From Octopus sinensis (lineage: Eukaryota), in assembly GCF_006345805.1 (NCBI RefSeq), contig NC_043008.1, positions 22,320,001 to 22,384,000 on the forward strand: DNA of 64,000 nt, in the 5' to 3' direction. The position numbers were made by a program, and so were the translations under genes. Shown one piece after another: positions 1 through 12,713 of this stretch; within the stretch, counting starts at the first letter, position 1, and every line of letters begins with the position of its first letter. The notes under the pieces were generated by a model. That model worked only from the letters and a program-made list of their open reading frames with translations. It made no database searches and was not told the DNA's origin.

Positions 1-454
1 AAGTCCTGGGGTCGATTTGCTTGACTAAAGGCAGTGCTCCAGCTTGGCCACAGCCAAATGACTGAAACAAATAAAAGAATAAAAGAAAGAAAGAAAAGTA
101 TGCATACATATATGTATTTCAGAATGAGAATACATATGAAGCCAATCTTCTTTGAAACATCTTTATAACTATGGTACGTTTTTTAAAAAAGATTACCGTA
201 TAGTTTTTAAGAGAATATATTTTTGTAACTTACATACCTTATTGTTTGTTTTCATCCCAGATAACATTTTTTTAGAAAGTGAGAAAGAAAGCTGCCCAAT
301 GTTTAGTTTACACTTCAAATGTACAACATTTATTTTCAAGACATGAAAAGATAATAAACGTCATAGAGTTTAGCAAATGTTTCAAAAATGTGTAAATCAC
401 AATGAAAATATTAGAGAAAACATTAAACAGCTTTTTGTGGTACTTTTAACAACA

Positions 455-1255
455 TCCTTTTCTACTCTAGGCACAAGGCCTGAAATTTTGGGGGAGGGAG
501 CCAGTCGATGAGATCAACCCCAGTATGCAACTGGTACTTAATTTATCGACCCTGAAAAGATGAAAGGCAATGCCGACCTCGGCAGAATTTAAACTCAGAA
601 CGTAAATACAGATGAAATACTGCTAAGCATTTCGCCTGGGATGATAACGGTTCTTATTTCTTTACTACCCACAAGGAGCTAAACACAGAGAGGACAAACA
701 AGGACAGACAAATGGATTAAGTCGATTATGTCAACCCCAATGCGTAACTGGTACTTAATTTATCGACCCCGAAAGGATGAAAGGCAAAGTCAATCTTGGC
801 AGGATTTGAACTCAGAATGTAGCGGTAGACGAAATACCTATTTCTTTACTACCCACAAGGGGCTAAACCCAGAGAGGACAAACAAGGACAGACGAATAGA
901 TTAAGTCGATTATGTCGACCCCAATGCGTAACTGGTACTTAATTTATCGACCCCGAAAGGATGAAAGGCAAAGTCGACCTTGGCAGGATTTGAACTCAGA
1001 ACATAGCGGTAGACAAAATACCTATTTCTTTACTACCCACAAAGGGCTAAACACAGAGGGGACAAACAAGGACAGACAAACGGATTAAGTCGATTATGTC
1101 AACCCCAATGCGTAACTGGTACTTATTTAACTGACCCTGAAAGGATGAAAGGCAAAGTTGACCTCGGCGGAATTTGAACTCAGAACGTAACGACAGACGA
1201 AATACTGCTAAGCATTTTGCCCGGCATGCTAACGATTCTGCCAGCTTGCCGCCTT
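455..1255 (-). mobile_element. SINE family A, head-to-tail tandem array (~184-bp units)
   Basis: tRNA-like head (ggcggc.agctggcagaa A box; gagttcaaattcc B box) at the 1255 end; repeated gaggtcgactttgcctttcatcctttcggggtcgat body. Confidence 0.85.
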
Positions 1256-1564
1256 ATACTTTGAACAACATTGCAATAAAGACAAGGTATATAATCGAAA
1301 AAAAAAAAGCATTCACAGGAAACTTTTGAAAACAAACTGAAGTGGAGCAGTGTTTCCAAAAGATCAGAAATGCATCCATAAGAATCCAATATGTATATGA
1401 ATCTGTTACTTGTTTTATCAATCACTATTTGTTGAACCACTAAGTTACAGGATATAAAGTGCCACAAAATACAAATTAATATGAACATGTACACACATGC
1501 ACACACATACATGCTCGCATGCAGGCACATACACACACACACACGCATGCATGCACACACGCAC

Positions 1565-1745
1565 ACATAGTACGAAAGAAGATAAGACTCTCATTCCGGC
1601 TGGTAAAATGGCCCTGTTCAATATGCAGGAAATTCATGGTACATAACTCCATTTCCTTCACCAAGTGTAAGCTATGGATGCATAATCATAGGGAGGTTAT
1701 CAGATAAGGTCACATTTGTGTGTGGCAGATGTGCAGGAACAGAAA
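1565..1745 (+). mobile_element. RTE LINE fragment (Cys-rich insertion region)
   Basis: KWPCSICRK...NSI..TKCKLWMH...FVCGRCAG. Confidence 0.55.
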
Positions 1746-2072
1746 TAAATGAACTGTAACCAGGCTCAATAAAAGGATCCTGAGTTATTGGCTGCAATTA
1801 CATACTTGAAGTCAGTGTTGGCAGAAATGAAATCAGCTTGCAAATACACGTTCACTTTACTAAATTTATACTCAGGCTAAACCCGGACAACCTGAGTGCC
1901 AGAGTCACCACTGATATACATATATATATATATATAATCAAAATAAGGACGAAAAAATTGGATATTAATTTAATAACATCAATTTAACACCAGTGGTTTA
2001 GCGCATAAAAAACTGAGATTCAGTAAATATTAATACACAAATTTGTATATATATATATACACTGATATACAT

Positions 2073-2107
<35 letters not shown>

Positions 2108-2279
2108 GACAACATAATTTTATTTTAAAATAGTGTACATTTAAACACAAGAGAAAACTACCCTTTAACAGGTAATTTTTACATGCTAGAAGAAGCAACC
2201 AAAACGGCCAAAACCACAATTTAATAGCAAATTTTCGAAGTAAATGAAAAAGGAAAACTTTTACCTTGTTATTTTTTTG

Positions 2280-2389
2280 CGGTTATACCTAGGTTTCAAA
2301 TTTCTTTAGCAAATATGATTATCTGCTACCCTTTAACAGGTAATTTAGCAAATAAGATTATCTGCCAGGTGAATTTTCATCAGTAACCG
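2280..2389 (-). ncRNA. Type I hammerhead ribozyme motif, intact core, expanded stem II
   Basis: Minus strand reads cggtta-CTGATGA-aaatt[...]aattt-GAA-ACCTAGGT-A-taaccg: 6-bp stem I, canonical core, 5-bp stem II base, palindromic stem III, GUA cleavage triplet. Confidence 0.8.
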
Positions 2390-2638
2390 GCCTCAATAAC
2401 TAACTTATAATTCAGAGTCAAATAACACGTGTCCCATCATTATATATTATAATTTTTCAAAATTCAGCGCGCAAGCACAGTTTAAGTCGGCAGTTAATAG
2501 ATAATGCCTATTGACTATTTATACATGCTAGGCCACTGATGGTGATATATATTTCTAATGAATATTCGCTACCCTACATATGTATCTTATATATATGTAT
2601 GTATATATATATATATATATATATATACACGCACACAC

Positions 2639-2855
2639 ACGAAGAGGTGCTGAAATGTTCCTGGCTTTAAGTGTATCATGAAAGGCCTGGCTGGAGTCAA
2701 ACTCTGAGTTCTTTTACAGGGCTCAGAAAAACAGAAGGACTGTTGCAATAAGTGTGTGAATCTGAGAGGGGAAATATGTTGAATAAAATCATAATTAACT
2801 GATCCTCTTGTATTTTCTTTTACCCAGGCCAGGTACTTTCCAGCACTACCTTGTA
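2639..2855 (+). mobile_element. Short mariner-derived MITE
   Basis: Imperfect TIRs gtgctgaaatgttcctggc / gccaggtactttccagcac; the interior resembles the mariner C-terminus (CNKCVNLRG..YVE*). Confidence 0.6.
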
Positions 2856-3203
2856 TATAAAGAATAAACGAATAGGGATATGGAAGCTGAGCGAGTACCT
2901 TATTAGCATGTTGATATAATTTATTGCTTCACCCACCTGAACAGGTAAAACCTTGAACAAAAACTGCATAGGAAAGTCTACCTTGGATGGAATATGCAAT
3001 GCAACTGAACCAACTGAATGCACATAGATGCTACATGGAAGGATAGCAGGACACTCACCCAGCAGAAACACATGTTGGGTTGGAATCTAATGAGAATAAT
3101 ACTGGAGTAAACAAATTTTCTTTATGATGTCTTGTGCGTGTGTGTGCATGCACATGTGTGTATGTGCATGATGGCATATACATGTGTGTGTGTGCTTGTG
3201 TGT

Positions 3204-3480
3204 AATATTTCAAATGTTTTATTTAAATAAATATCTCACATATGTTTTCATAATGGATTAGTGGATTTATTAGCCATTTACATAATAAATATCCTTCATT
3301 TCGTCAGCATTTCAAATCTTTAAAAAAATGTTTAAACTTAAGAATATTATAGCATTCATTTCAAACATTTATTTAAATCTCAGTTGTTGAAGAAATAAAG
3401 GATATTTATTATTTAAACATATAATAATCCATTATGAAACATATGTACAATAGTTATTTAGATAAATCCTTTTAAATATT
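3204..3480. repeat. Older imperfect inverted repeat with hammerhead relics
   Basis: acatatgttttcataatggatta / taatccattatgaaacatatgt and ataataaatatccttcatttc / gaaataaaggatatttattat; the right arm reads ttg-TTGAAGA...GAA-ACATATGT-A-caa. Confidence 0.6.
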
Positions 3481-3690
3481 ATATTATATTACTTGTGAAC
3501 GAATTTTTATGATGTGAACTGATTAACTAGTTGGTAAATATTGTTTTTTTATAATTCACATCATTTCCAGATTGAGTTTCTAAGCTACAAGTAATTGTAT
3601 GTGTCTTAAAATTGTATGTGTCTTAAACTATTTTGTTATGTCTTCCATCTAAATTTAAATAGTGTGTGTGTGTGTATGTGTGTGTGTATT

Positions 3691-3730
<40 letters not shown>

Positions 3731-4142
3731 GCTAAGTGGTTAGGGTGTTGCACTCATGATTGTGAGATTGTGGTTTCAATTCCCGAACTGAGTGGTGTGT
3801 TCTGTTCCTGTGAGAAAATATTTGTTCTCATGTTGCTCTGCGATCACTTTGATACCGGACATGTGGTACACCATGGAGTCTATTCAGGTAATGTCGATTT
3901 GATGGAGAAGGTCAGCTTAATGTGCAACATACACATTTGATCACTCTAAACAAACTATTTGCACAAGTTATTCGGCAAAAGCTGAACACTCATGTTGTCT
4001 TCGATGGGAGATTCTATCATCATGCACACACATACACACACACACATACACACACACACATACACACACACACATACACACACACACATACACACACACA
4101 CATACACACACACACATACACACACACATGTATACATATATA

Positions 4143-4518
4143 TATACACGAGCAAAACGCCCCCTGTCCAATGGACGGTGCTGATTGTCAAACATTTAAA
4201 CCAAATTTTGTCAAAATAACTTGTCCAACTGTCCCGTAGGCCTCCCCTTTGAGAAACACTGATTTAACCTAAATTTGAGACACCAGCAAAAGAAGAAATA
4301 AAGATAGACTTTTTTCTATTCCAAAGAAAAACGATTTTATTCACTCTATCGATCACATTCTCACTGGGAATCGATTAAAAAAATTTTTCAAGACTTATAC
4401 ATGCCCTGATACCATTGGTATCTACAAATCAAATTTGTGTGCAATCGGATGGAGGATGCCCAAGATCCTAGAAGACACACACAGACAGACAGACAGAATG
4501 GATTTTATGTAATAGATA
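4143..4518 (+). mobile_element. Possible non-autonomous Helitron/Helentron-like element
   Basis: Ends with caaattt..caatcgg..(acag)n..ttttatgtaatagat, a layout I associate with Helitron-derived short elements; recognition only. Confidence 0.35.
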
Positions 4519-4520
4519 TA

Positions 4521-4894
4521 CAGTGATAGCTCACAGTACGAGTTTAATTAATTCCAGGACTGAGCTCATCTTTCAATTTCCTCGTTTTACAAATCAATTT
4601 TCCCCATTGAAATTAACTAAAATATATTTAATCCATTCCAGCCCCCAAAAACCACTCAAAAATAATTTTTTATGGGTTTTATAAAAAAAAAAGTTGTAGT
4701 TACAAGTAAAATGATAATCATAAAAATGAGAATGCAAAAGAAATGTGTAAACTGGTTTTATTAACTGAATTACCTTAAAGATGGGACAATTTGTGTGCTT
4801 GTATCGTGGATTTCCAATCATGCTTCAAGACAAAAATTTGCACAAGTCTCAGCTCATAAAGCAAACGGTGCACTCATACTGCAAGGTTCTACTG
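4521..4894. mobile_element. pogo/Tigger-type MITE
   Basis: TA|CAGT...ACTG|TA termini with imperfect ~23-bp TIRs (cagtacgagt / actcatactg). Confidence 0.55.
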
Positions 4895-5545
4895 TATAAT
4901 AATTTCAGATAATGATATTTTGAAATAATATTTTGAAAGCATTTAATCATTAAATTAAATTTTAATACATACATCTCTGATTTGTGTAATATATCCATTC
5001 TAATATAGGGACAAGGCATGAAAATTGGGGGGAGGACTTAAGATGACTACATCGACCCCAGTGCCCAGCTGGTACTATTTTATCAACCCTGAAGGAATGA
5101 AAGACAGTCATGCTCAGCAGAATTTGAACTCAGAACCTAGAGACAGATAAGATACCACTAAGCATTTCACCCAGCATGCTAATGGTTCTGCCAGCTTACC
5201 ATTTTGGATTTGTGTAATACATTATAGGAAATACATTCCTTTATACAAGATCTTATTCACTTAAAACATTTTAAAACATATATATATATATGTATGTATG
5301 ATATATGTATGATATATGTATGTATTGCATAGTTTACTAGTTAGGGAGTTCGCTTTCTCAGTCAAGTATCTTCGATCTACGAAGATCCTTGCTTGACCTT
5401 TGTTAAAAATCAAGGGGAACATATCATCACCAATTAATGCATAATTATATCTTGTTCTTTTTCCCCTCTCATTCAGTTTCTATGTAAAACCACAACTACA
5501 TAATATAACATAACTTTGTAATGCCTTGTGCCTATTGTAGAAAGG

Positions 5546-5579
<34 letters not shown>

Positions 5580-6749
5580 ACGTCATCATAATCATCATCG
5601 TCATAATCATAATCATCATCATCATCATCATCATCATCATTATTGTCATTATCCATAGTGCTCTTTGAATGGCCATTTTTTCACAGAACAAATATCCTTC
5701 CCACAAGTTTAAAACAGTTCAAATATCAAAGTAAATTTCTATGGAAACCCTATTAGTTACTTTGGTTTGGTCTTTAATGTCGGTCATAAATCGTTTCAGA
5801 TGAAAATTCCAAACATAATTACATAATGGAAATGGCTTTCTGTACAAAAAAAATACACAATAAAAAACAGCAACAAAAGTTGTTTAAAACCACCACCACC
5901 TCCACCCTTTTCCCTACCCATCTGGTTTCAATGAACCCAAAGACATAGTAAAAGATACTTGGCCAAAACTTTTGCTGCAAACTAGAACCTGAGACATTGT
6001 GAGAGCAAAGCTAACTCTTGAGCTATTTTTCCAGGCTTGCTTCCACCTTACATATTAAACATTCGATGACTGGCATCCTTGCTAGTGGAGCACTAAGAGC
6101 ACCAGCTGAGTGTGATTGTTGCCAGAGCAGCTAACTGGCTTCCGTGCCAGTGGCATGTAAAAAGCACCATTCGAGTGTGATTGTTACCAGCGTCGCTTTA
6201 CTGGCACTTGGGCCTTGTAGAAAAGAATACTTTTGTTCTACATCATCACAAACCAACTCACTTTCATCTTTTGTTTTACTTGTTTCGGTCATTGAAAAGT
6301 GGCCATGCTGGAGTACCACTTTCAAGGGGGTTTTAGCCAAACAAATCACCCCCAATGCTTACTTTTTAAAATCTGGGAATTATCATATCAGTCTCTTTTG
6401 ACAAACCACTAAGTTTTGGTTGACAAATTAAATATCATTTGCATCCTGGGGTCGATCTGATCAACTGACCCCATCCCCCAAAATTTGAGGCCTTGTGCCT
6501 AGTGTAGGAATGGATATTTTGTTTCTTCAAGGCAGTGAACTGGTAGAATTGCTTAGTGGCATTTTGTCCTTCTTTACATTCTGAGTTCAAATTCTGCCAA
6601 GGTCGCATTTACCTGTTTTCACTTCAGGGATCGATAAAATAAGTACCAGCCAAGTACTGGGGTCTATGTAATTGGCTTACTCCTTCTCCAAAATTACTGG
6701 CCTTGTGCCAAAATTTGAAACCAGCTATATAGTAATCACACTGATTATA

Positions 6750-7200
6750 CCTATTTCTTTACTACCCGCAAGGGGCTAAACACAGAGAGGACAAACAAGG
6801 ACAGACAAACGGATTAAGTCGATTACATCGACCCCAGTGCGTAACTGGTACTTAATTTATCGACCCTGAAAGGATGAAAGGCAAAGTCGACCTCGGCGGA
6901 ATTTGAACTCAGAACGTAGCGACAGACGAAACACTGCTAAGCATTTCTCCCGGCATGCTAACGTTTCTACCAGCTCGCTGCCTTTTATACCATTCAACTG
7001 GTTATTATTGAGGTATCTATTTACTTAATTTATTGACCCCGAAAGGATGACAGGCAAAGTCAGCCTCGGTGGAATTTGAACTCAGAACGTAGCAACAGAC
7101 GAAATACTGCTAAGCATTTCTCCCGGCATGCTAACATTTCTACCAGCTCGCCACCTTTCTTTTATACCATTCAACTGGTTATTGTTGAGGTATCTATTTA
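6750..7200 (-). mobile_element. SINE A with a local duplication of its 5' half and flank; further SINE A copies at ~5000-5200, 6530-6722, 10110-10425, 10890-11090, 11280-11487, 33893-34120, 43331-43507, 49114-49345, 55013-55220
   Basis: Same consensus as above; flank tttataccattcaactggttatt..gaggtatctatttac occurs twice. Confidence 0.8.
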
Positions 7201-7598
7201 CAGTTAAGTGGACTGAGCCAATAAGAATCCAGCACCTATTGCCATTAATACAAATCAATTTCAGTCCTAGATCGGATACAAACCCTTGAAGTATCAATAG
7301 CTGCCCTCAAAGCCCATCACCTCAACACCTCATCTGCATTGTATATGCCGAGATAAACTTAGAATTGTTTAATAGATTATTACTAATTACAGGAAGATGG
7401 AGAAGATTTAGGTATTAATTGATTCCTTTTTCATTAGGCTTCTTGATTGATTTTGGCAGATGGTATGGGTAGTGGAGTGATAGGTGGTTGCGAAATGATG
7501 GGAGAACATCTGCTACAGTTCATTGAGATAGGCATGAGTGTGTGTGTGTCTAATGAATGAATGGATGGAGTTAATTAGGCCGCTTTGTTATTTCGCTT

Positions 7599-7637
<39 letters not shown>

Positions 7638-8004
7638 TTGAACACCATCGTCATCACCACCAGTCATCACCACCACAATTGCCTTTCTCTTCTTCTTCTT
7701 CTTCTTCAGCATCATCATCATCACCACCACCTCCACTACCAAAGGTCACCACTGCCATCATCACAGTCATTGCCATCATCACCACAACTGCCTTCTTCTT
7801 CTTCTTCTTCTTCTTATTATTATTATTATTATCCTCTTCCTCCTCCTACTCCACCACCTTCTCCTTCTCTTCTTCTTCCTACTCCACCGCATCCTCCTCC
7901 TTCTCCTCCTCCTTCCCCATTCTTCTTCCTTTTCCTTCTCCTCCCCTCCTCCTCCCCCTCCTCCTCCTCTTTCTCCACTGTTGTCATCAGCAGCAGCACC
8001 TGTT

Positions 8005-8710
8005 ACATGTTCTGAGTTCAAATTCCGCCGAGGTCGACCTTGCCTTTCATCCTTTCAGGGTCGATTAAATAAGTACCAGTTACGCACTGGGGTCGATATA
8101 ATCGACTTAATCCATTTGTCTGTTCTTGTTTGTCCTCTCTGTGTTTAGCCCCTTGTGGGTAGTAAAGAAACAGGTATTTCGTCTGCCACTACGTTCTGAG
8201 TTCAAATTCCACCGAGGTCGACTTTGCCTTTCATCCTTTCGGGGTCGATTAAATAAGTACCAGTTACGTACTCGGGGACCATATAATCGACTTAATCTGT
8301 TTGTCTGTCCTTGTTTGTCCTCTCTGTGTTTAACCCCTTGTGGGTAGTAAAGAAACAGGTATTTCGTCTGCCACTACGTTCTGAGTTCAAATTCCACCGA
8401 GGTCGACTTTGCCTTTCATCCTTTCGGGGTCGATTAAATAAGTACCAGTTACGTACTCGGGGACCATATAATCGACTTAATCTGTTTGTCTGTCCTTGTT
8501 TGTCCTCTCTGTGTTTAACCCCTTGTGGGTAGTAAAGAAACAGGTATTTCATCTGCCACTACGTTCTGAGTTCAAATTCCACCAAGGTCGACTTTGCCTG
8601 TCATCCTTTCAGGGTCGCACTGGGGTCGATATAATCGACTTAATCCGTTTGTCTGTCCTTGTTTGTCCCCTCTGTGTGTAGCCCCTTGTGGGCAATAAAG
8701 AAATAAGAAA
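8005..8710 (+). mobile_element. SINE family A tandem array (185-bp period, ~3.7 units)
   Basis: Near-identical ORF artefacts at 8126, 8311 and 8496 show the 185-bp period. Confidence 0.85.
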
Positions 8711-8711
8711 C

Positions 8712-9762
8712 TGGCTATCTGACTGACAGCACCTGTTGCAGGTCATTAAGGTGACTGGGCATGAAACTGCCAATGTTGCTTGACCAACAGCAGTTAGAAT
8801 AGGTCATTCAGGTGGATATACATGGAACTGGTTTATTATCTGCCTAGTACCGGCTACTATGAGTCATTCAGGTAAATTTGTGTGAAACTGCCAAATCTAT
8901 CTAGCCAATAGCAGCTGCTGTAGGTTTTGCAGATGTATATGTATGAAAGCTGCCATGCTATCTGACCAGCAGTAGCAACTACTGTTCATTCAAGAGGGCG
9001 TGTGTAAAGCTGCTATGCTATCTGACCGATAATAACTACAAAAAGTCATTCAGATGGAAGTGTGTAAAGCTGTTATGCTATCTGGCCGATAATAACTACA
9101 AAAAGTCATTCAGATGGAAGTGTGTAAAGCTGTTATGCTATCTGCCAGACAGTAGCTATTACAAGTCATTCAGGTGGATGTGTACAAAGCTGTTAGGCTA
9201 TCTGACCGATAATAGCTACAAAAAGTCATTCAGATGGACGTGTGAGAAGCTGCTATGCTATCTGACCGATAATAACTAGAACAGGTCATTCAGATGGACA
9301 TGTGTAAAGCTGCTATGCTATCTGACCGATAATAGTTACTATAAGTCATTCAGATAGACGTGTGTAAAGCTGTTATGCTATCTGACCGATAATATCTACT
9401 AGAAATCATTCAGACAGACGTGTGTAAAGCTGCTTTACTATCTGACCGATAATAGCTGCTAAAAGTCATTCAGATAGACGTGTGAGAAGCTACTATACTA
9501 TCTGACCGATAATAGCTACTACAAGTCATTCAGATAGACGTGTGTAAAGCTGTTATGCTATCTGACCGATAGTAGCTACTACAAGTCATTCAGATGAACA
9601 TGTGAGAAGCTGCTATACTATCTGACCGATAATATCTACTAAAAGACATTTAGATGGACGTGTGTGAAGATGCTATGCTATCTGACCGATAGTAGCAGCT
9701 ACAAAATCATTCAAATAGACATGTGTGAAACATCAACACTATTTGACTGACAGCAGCTGCTA
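8712..9762. repeat. 60-bp minisatellite, ~17 units, homogeneous centre and decayed edges
   Basis: Consensus tgtgtaaagctgctatgctatctgaccgataatagctactacaagtcattcagatggacg aligns in register on consecutive 60-nt lines 9001-9720. Confidence 0.95.
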
Positions 9763-10688
9763 AATTTTCAATAATAGTGAAGAAATAATGTTTTATAAAG
9801 CAGTGATGGTACCTATGGATGCTGACATGCTTGAACCTGTGGTAGTGAAGTTCACTTCTTAATCATATGGAATCAGGTTCAATCCCCCTGCATGGCACTC
9901 AGGTCAAATATCTTCTAACCATAACCTTGGTTCAGCCTGCTGGTCACTTTATTGTGTGGAGTTTCCAAACTGTTTATTTAATTGAATGAATCTTGAATTT
10001 ATTACCGGAAATGATTTTATCCATTGCGGAATCATGGAAATGTAAGTCAACATGGAAATCTAAATGCAAAAGAATGAGGCTAAATAATTCTTTGCACTGT
10101 AAGTTGATTACAACGGACCCCAATACTCAACTGGTATTTATTTCATCAACTCTGAAAAGATGAAAGGCAAAGTCAGCCTCAGCAGAATTTGAACTCAGAA
10201 CGTAAGGATTCGTACAATGCTGCTAAGCATTTTATCTGGTGTGCTAATGATTCTAACTCATTGCTTTAATGAATCTAAATAATCTTTTCTATTACAAGCA
10301 CAAGACCAGAGATTTCAGGAGAGGGAATAAGTACATTACATTGACCCCAGTACATAACTGGTAGTTATTTTATTGATCCTCAAAGGATGAAAGGCAAAGT
10401 CAACCTTGGCAGAATTTGAACTCAGCCAAGTATACCCTTGTCGGACAGATAGTCATGATGATTATACTGGACTTTGTATATTTTACCCCAGTGTCACTTT
10501 GATAGCATGCACTGCTCTCTCACTTAATAATAATAATGATAATAATAATAATAATAATTGTGAATTATTGCATGTGTAATCTGGGAATGCATACAATGCG
10601 CTTCTCTGCCCTAGGTGTACGGAAAACACTTGGCGAGAAATGGAAGAAAATTTGAAGAAAGAAGGTAAAAATAATAATAATAATAATA

Positions 10689-10725
<37 letters not shown>

Positions 10726-11938
10726 TGATATGAAATCACCATGTTGCACACATATAGCTGTGATGCATGTGCCTGGTGTACCGTTATCAGACGGGTATTC
10801 ATGATGGATATACTGAGCTTTGTATATTTTACCCCAGTATTACTCTGATGGCATGTGCTACTCTCTCAGTCAATAATAATAATAATAATCCTTTCTACTA
10901 CAGGCACAAGGTCTGAAATGTGGTGGTGGGGGGACTAGTTGATAACATTGACCCCAGCATTTCACTGGTACTTAATTTATCAACCCCCAAAAGGATGAAA
11001 GGCAAAATCAACCTCAGCAGAATTTGAACTTAGAATGTAGAGATGGATAAAATACTGTTAAGCATTTTGCCTGATATGCTTTACAATTCTGCCAAATAAC
11101 TATTATTTCACAAACCATTTTGTGACATTTTTTCCAGTTCCTCTCACTCTGAGTTCAAATCTAGCCACAATTAACATATTGTTTACATCCTTCTGGATAG
11201 CCACAATGCTGCTGAGACTTTTGTCTGTGTGCTAACAATTCTGCCAGCTCAATGCCTTAACAAGTCTAAATAATTATTTCAAATTTTTTTCACAAGAGCA
11301 GCTTGTAGGAGGTGGGGATGAGTTGATTACATCGACCCCAGTGTTCTACTGGTACTTATTTTATCGACCCCGAAAGGATGAAAGGCAAAGTCAACCTCTG
11401 TGGAATTTGAACTCAGAACATAGCAACAGGTGAAATACCGCCAAGCATTTCATCCAGCGTGCTAACGAGTCTGTCAGCTCGCCACCTTAACGAGTCTAAA
11501 TAATGCAAAGTATTTACTCCAACACTCTGCTGTTCCAGCCAAAACATTAATCTTGATTTCAGTTCTTAATTAAATTTGAAAATTGTTTCTAACCTTTGCC
11601 TTTCTCAATCAATCAATCAGTTAATAAGTGAAGGCTCATTTTCCTGCTAATTTTTGTTTTGCTTTGTTTATTTTTTTTAATCTATAATCACCTTCGTTTC
11701 TCTTCTGATGCTATATAGGTACAACACGTATGGTGATGTGGTAAAGGACCTTGTTTTACAAACATGTGGTTTCTGGTTCAGTCCCGATGTAAGGCGCCTT
11801 AGGCGAAGTGTCTTCTACTACAGTCCCAAGCTGACAGTATAGTCTTAGGAATGGATTTGGTAAATGGACGCAGAAAGAAACACAGCAAACATATTTATGT
11901 GTGTGTGTGTATGTGCTTGTGAATGCATGTGTGTGTGT

Positions 11939-11987
<49 letters not shown>

Positions 11988-12408
11988 CATATTGAACAGT
12001 GAGAATGAGTTCTCAACACTTCATTGGTAGATAAATATTCTTTACTTGTGGGCTGACAAGGCTTCCAATAGTTTCATGTTAAGAGAAGTATATCCCTTAA
12101 CAATTTTCAAGCCTATTGCATGAGGTGTTGATGTTGAACATTCATTCTTACTGTTCAATGTTAATGTATTAAGGCTTCCAGCATTCTTCAACATGAACAT
12201 ATATATACCACAACATGAATATGTATATAGTAACATGAGCATATATATAGCACAAATGTATATATAAAGCAGCCCAGATTCTGGCAGCCATCTTGGACTT
12301 CCTGCATCTCTCTGCTCAGTTAATTGAGCCCGATGAAGTGGATTTCTGTAAAAAGCTTAAGAAACTTTAAGTGTTGCATGGGGCCAAATAAAACTGCTTT
12401 GGATATTA

Positions 12409-12713
12409 CAGGTACCAAACCTCTTATCTAGATTCCAGAAATCTGGCTATTTTTAAACTGGCTGGGATGTAGTAGTTTGCCACATGGCTGCTTTATTTTA
12501 GTTTCCATGGTGCATGGATCACATGACACCAGGTCCTGTGTGACTGCTTTAGAAATGTATTAATGTGTATATGTTATACAATTTTGCTCTTTGCTTTTCA
12601 TTGCTTATTTTCTATTTTCGGTATATATTTAGCTTGTGTTCAGAAATCTGGAAAATTCAGAATTCTGGACCACCTCTAGTCCCAAGGTCGCCAGATAAGA
12701 GGTTCACTACCTG
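12409..12713. mobile_element. pogo/Tc1-type MITE
   Basis: TA|caggtaccaaacctcttatct ... agataagaggttcactacctg|TA. Confidence 0.6.

Noticed and set aside
7538-8068. His/Ser/Pro/Ile-rich ORFs (also 12805-13098, 13969-14927, 19999-21751, 44410-45111, 63521-63772)
   Set aside because: Translations of trinucleotide microsatellites, open in several frames, with no splice or domain support.
8030-8110. HDV-like ribozyme in the SINE A body
   Set aside because: gtcgac/ggtcgat pairings exist, but I could not assign P2, P1.1 or the catalytic J4/2 strand.
8941-9720. CRISPR-like array or coding repeat
   Set aside because: The variable parts are point variants of one sequence, not unique spacers; no cas genes; the best frame has TAG stops (e.g. 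9277, 9355) and the minus frames are closed.
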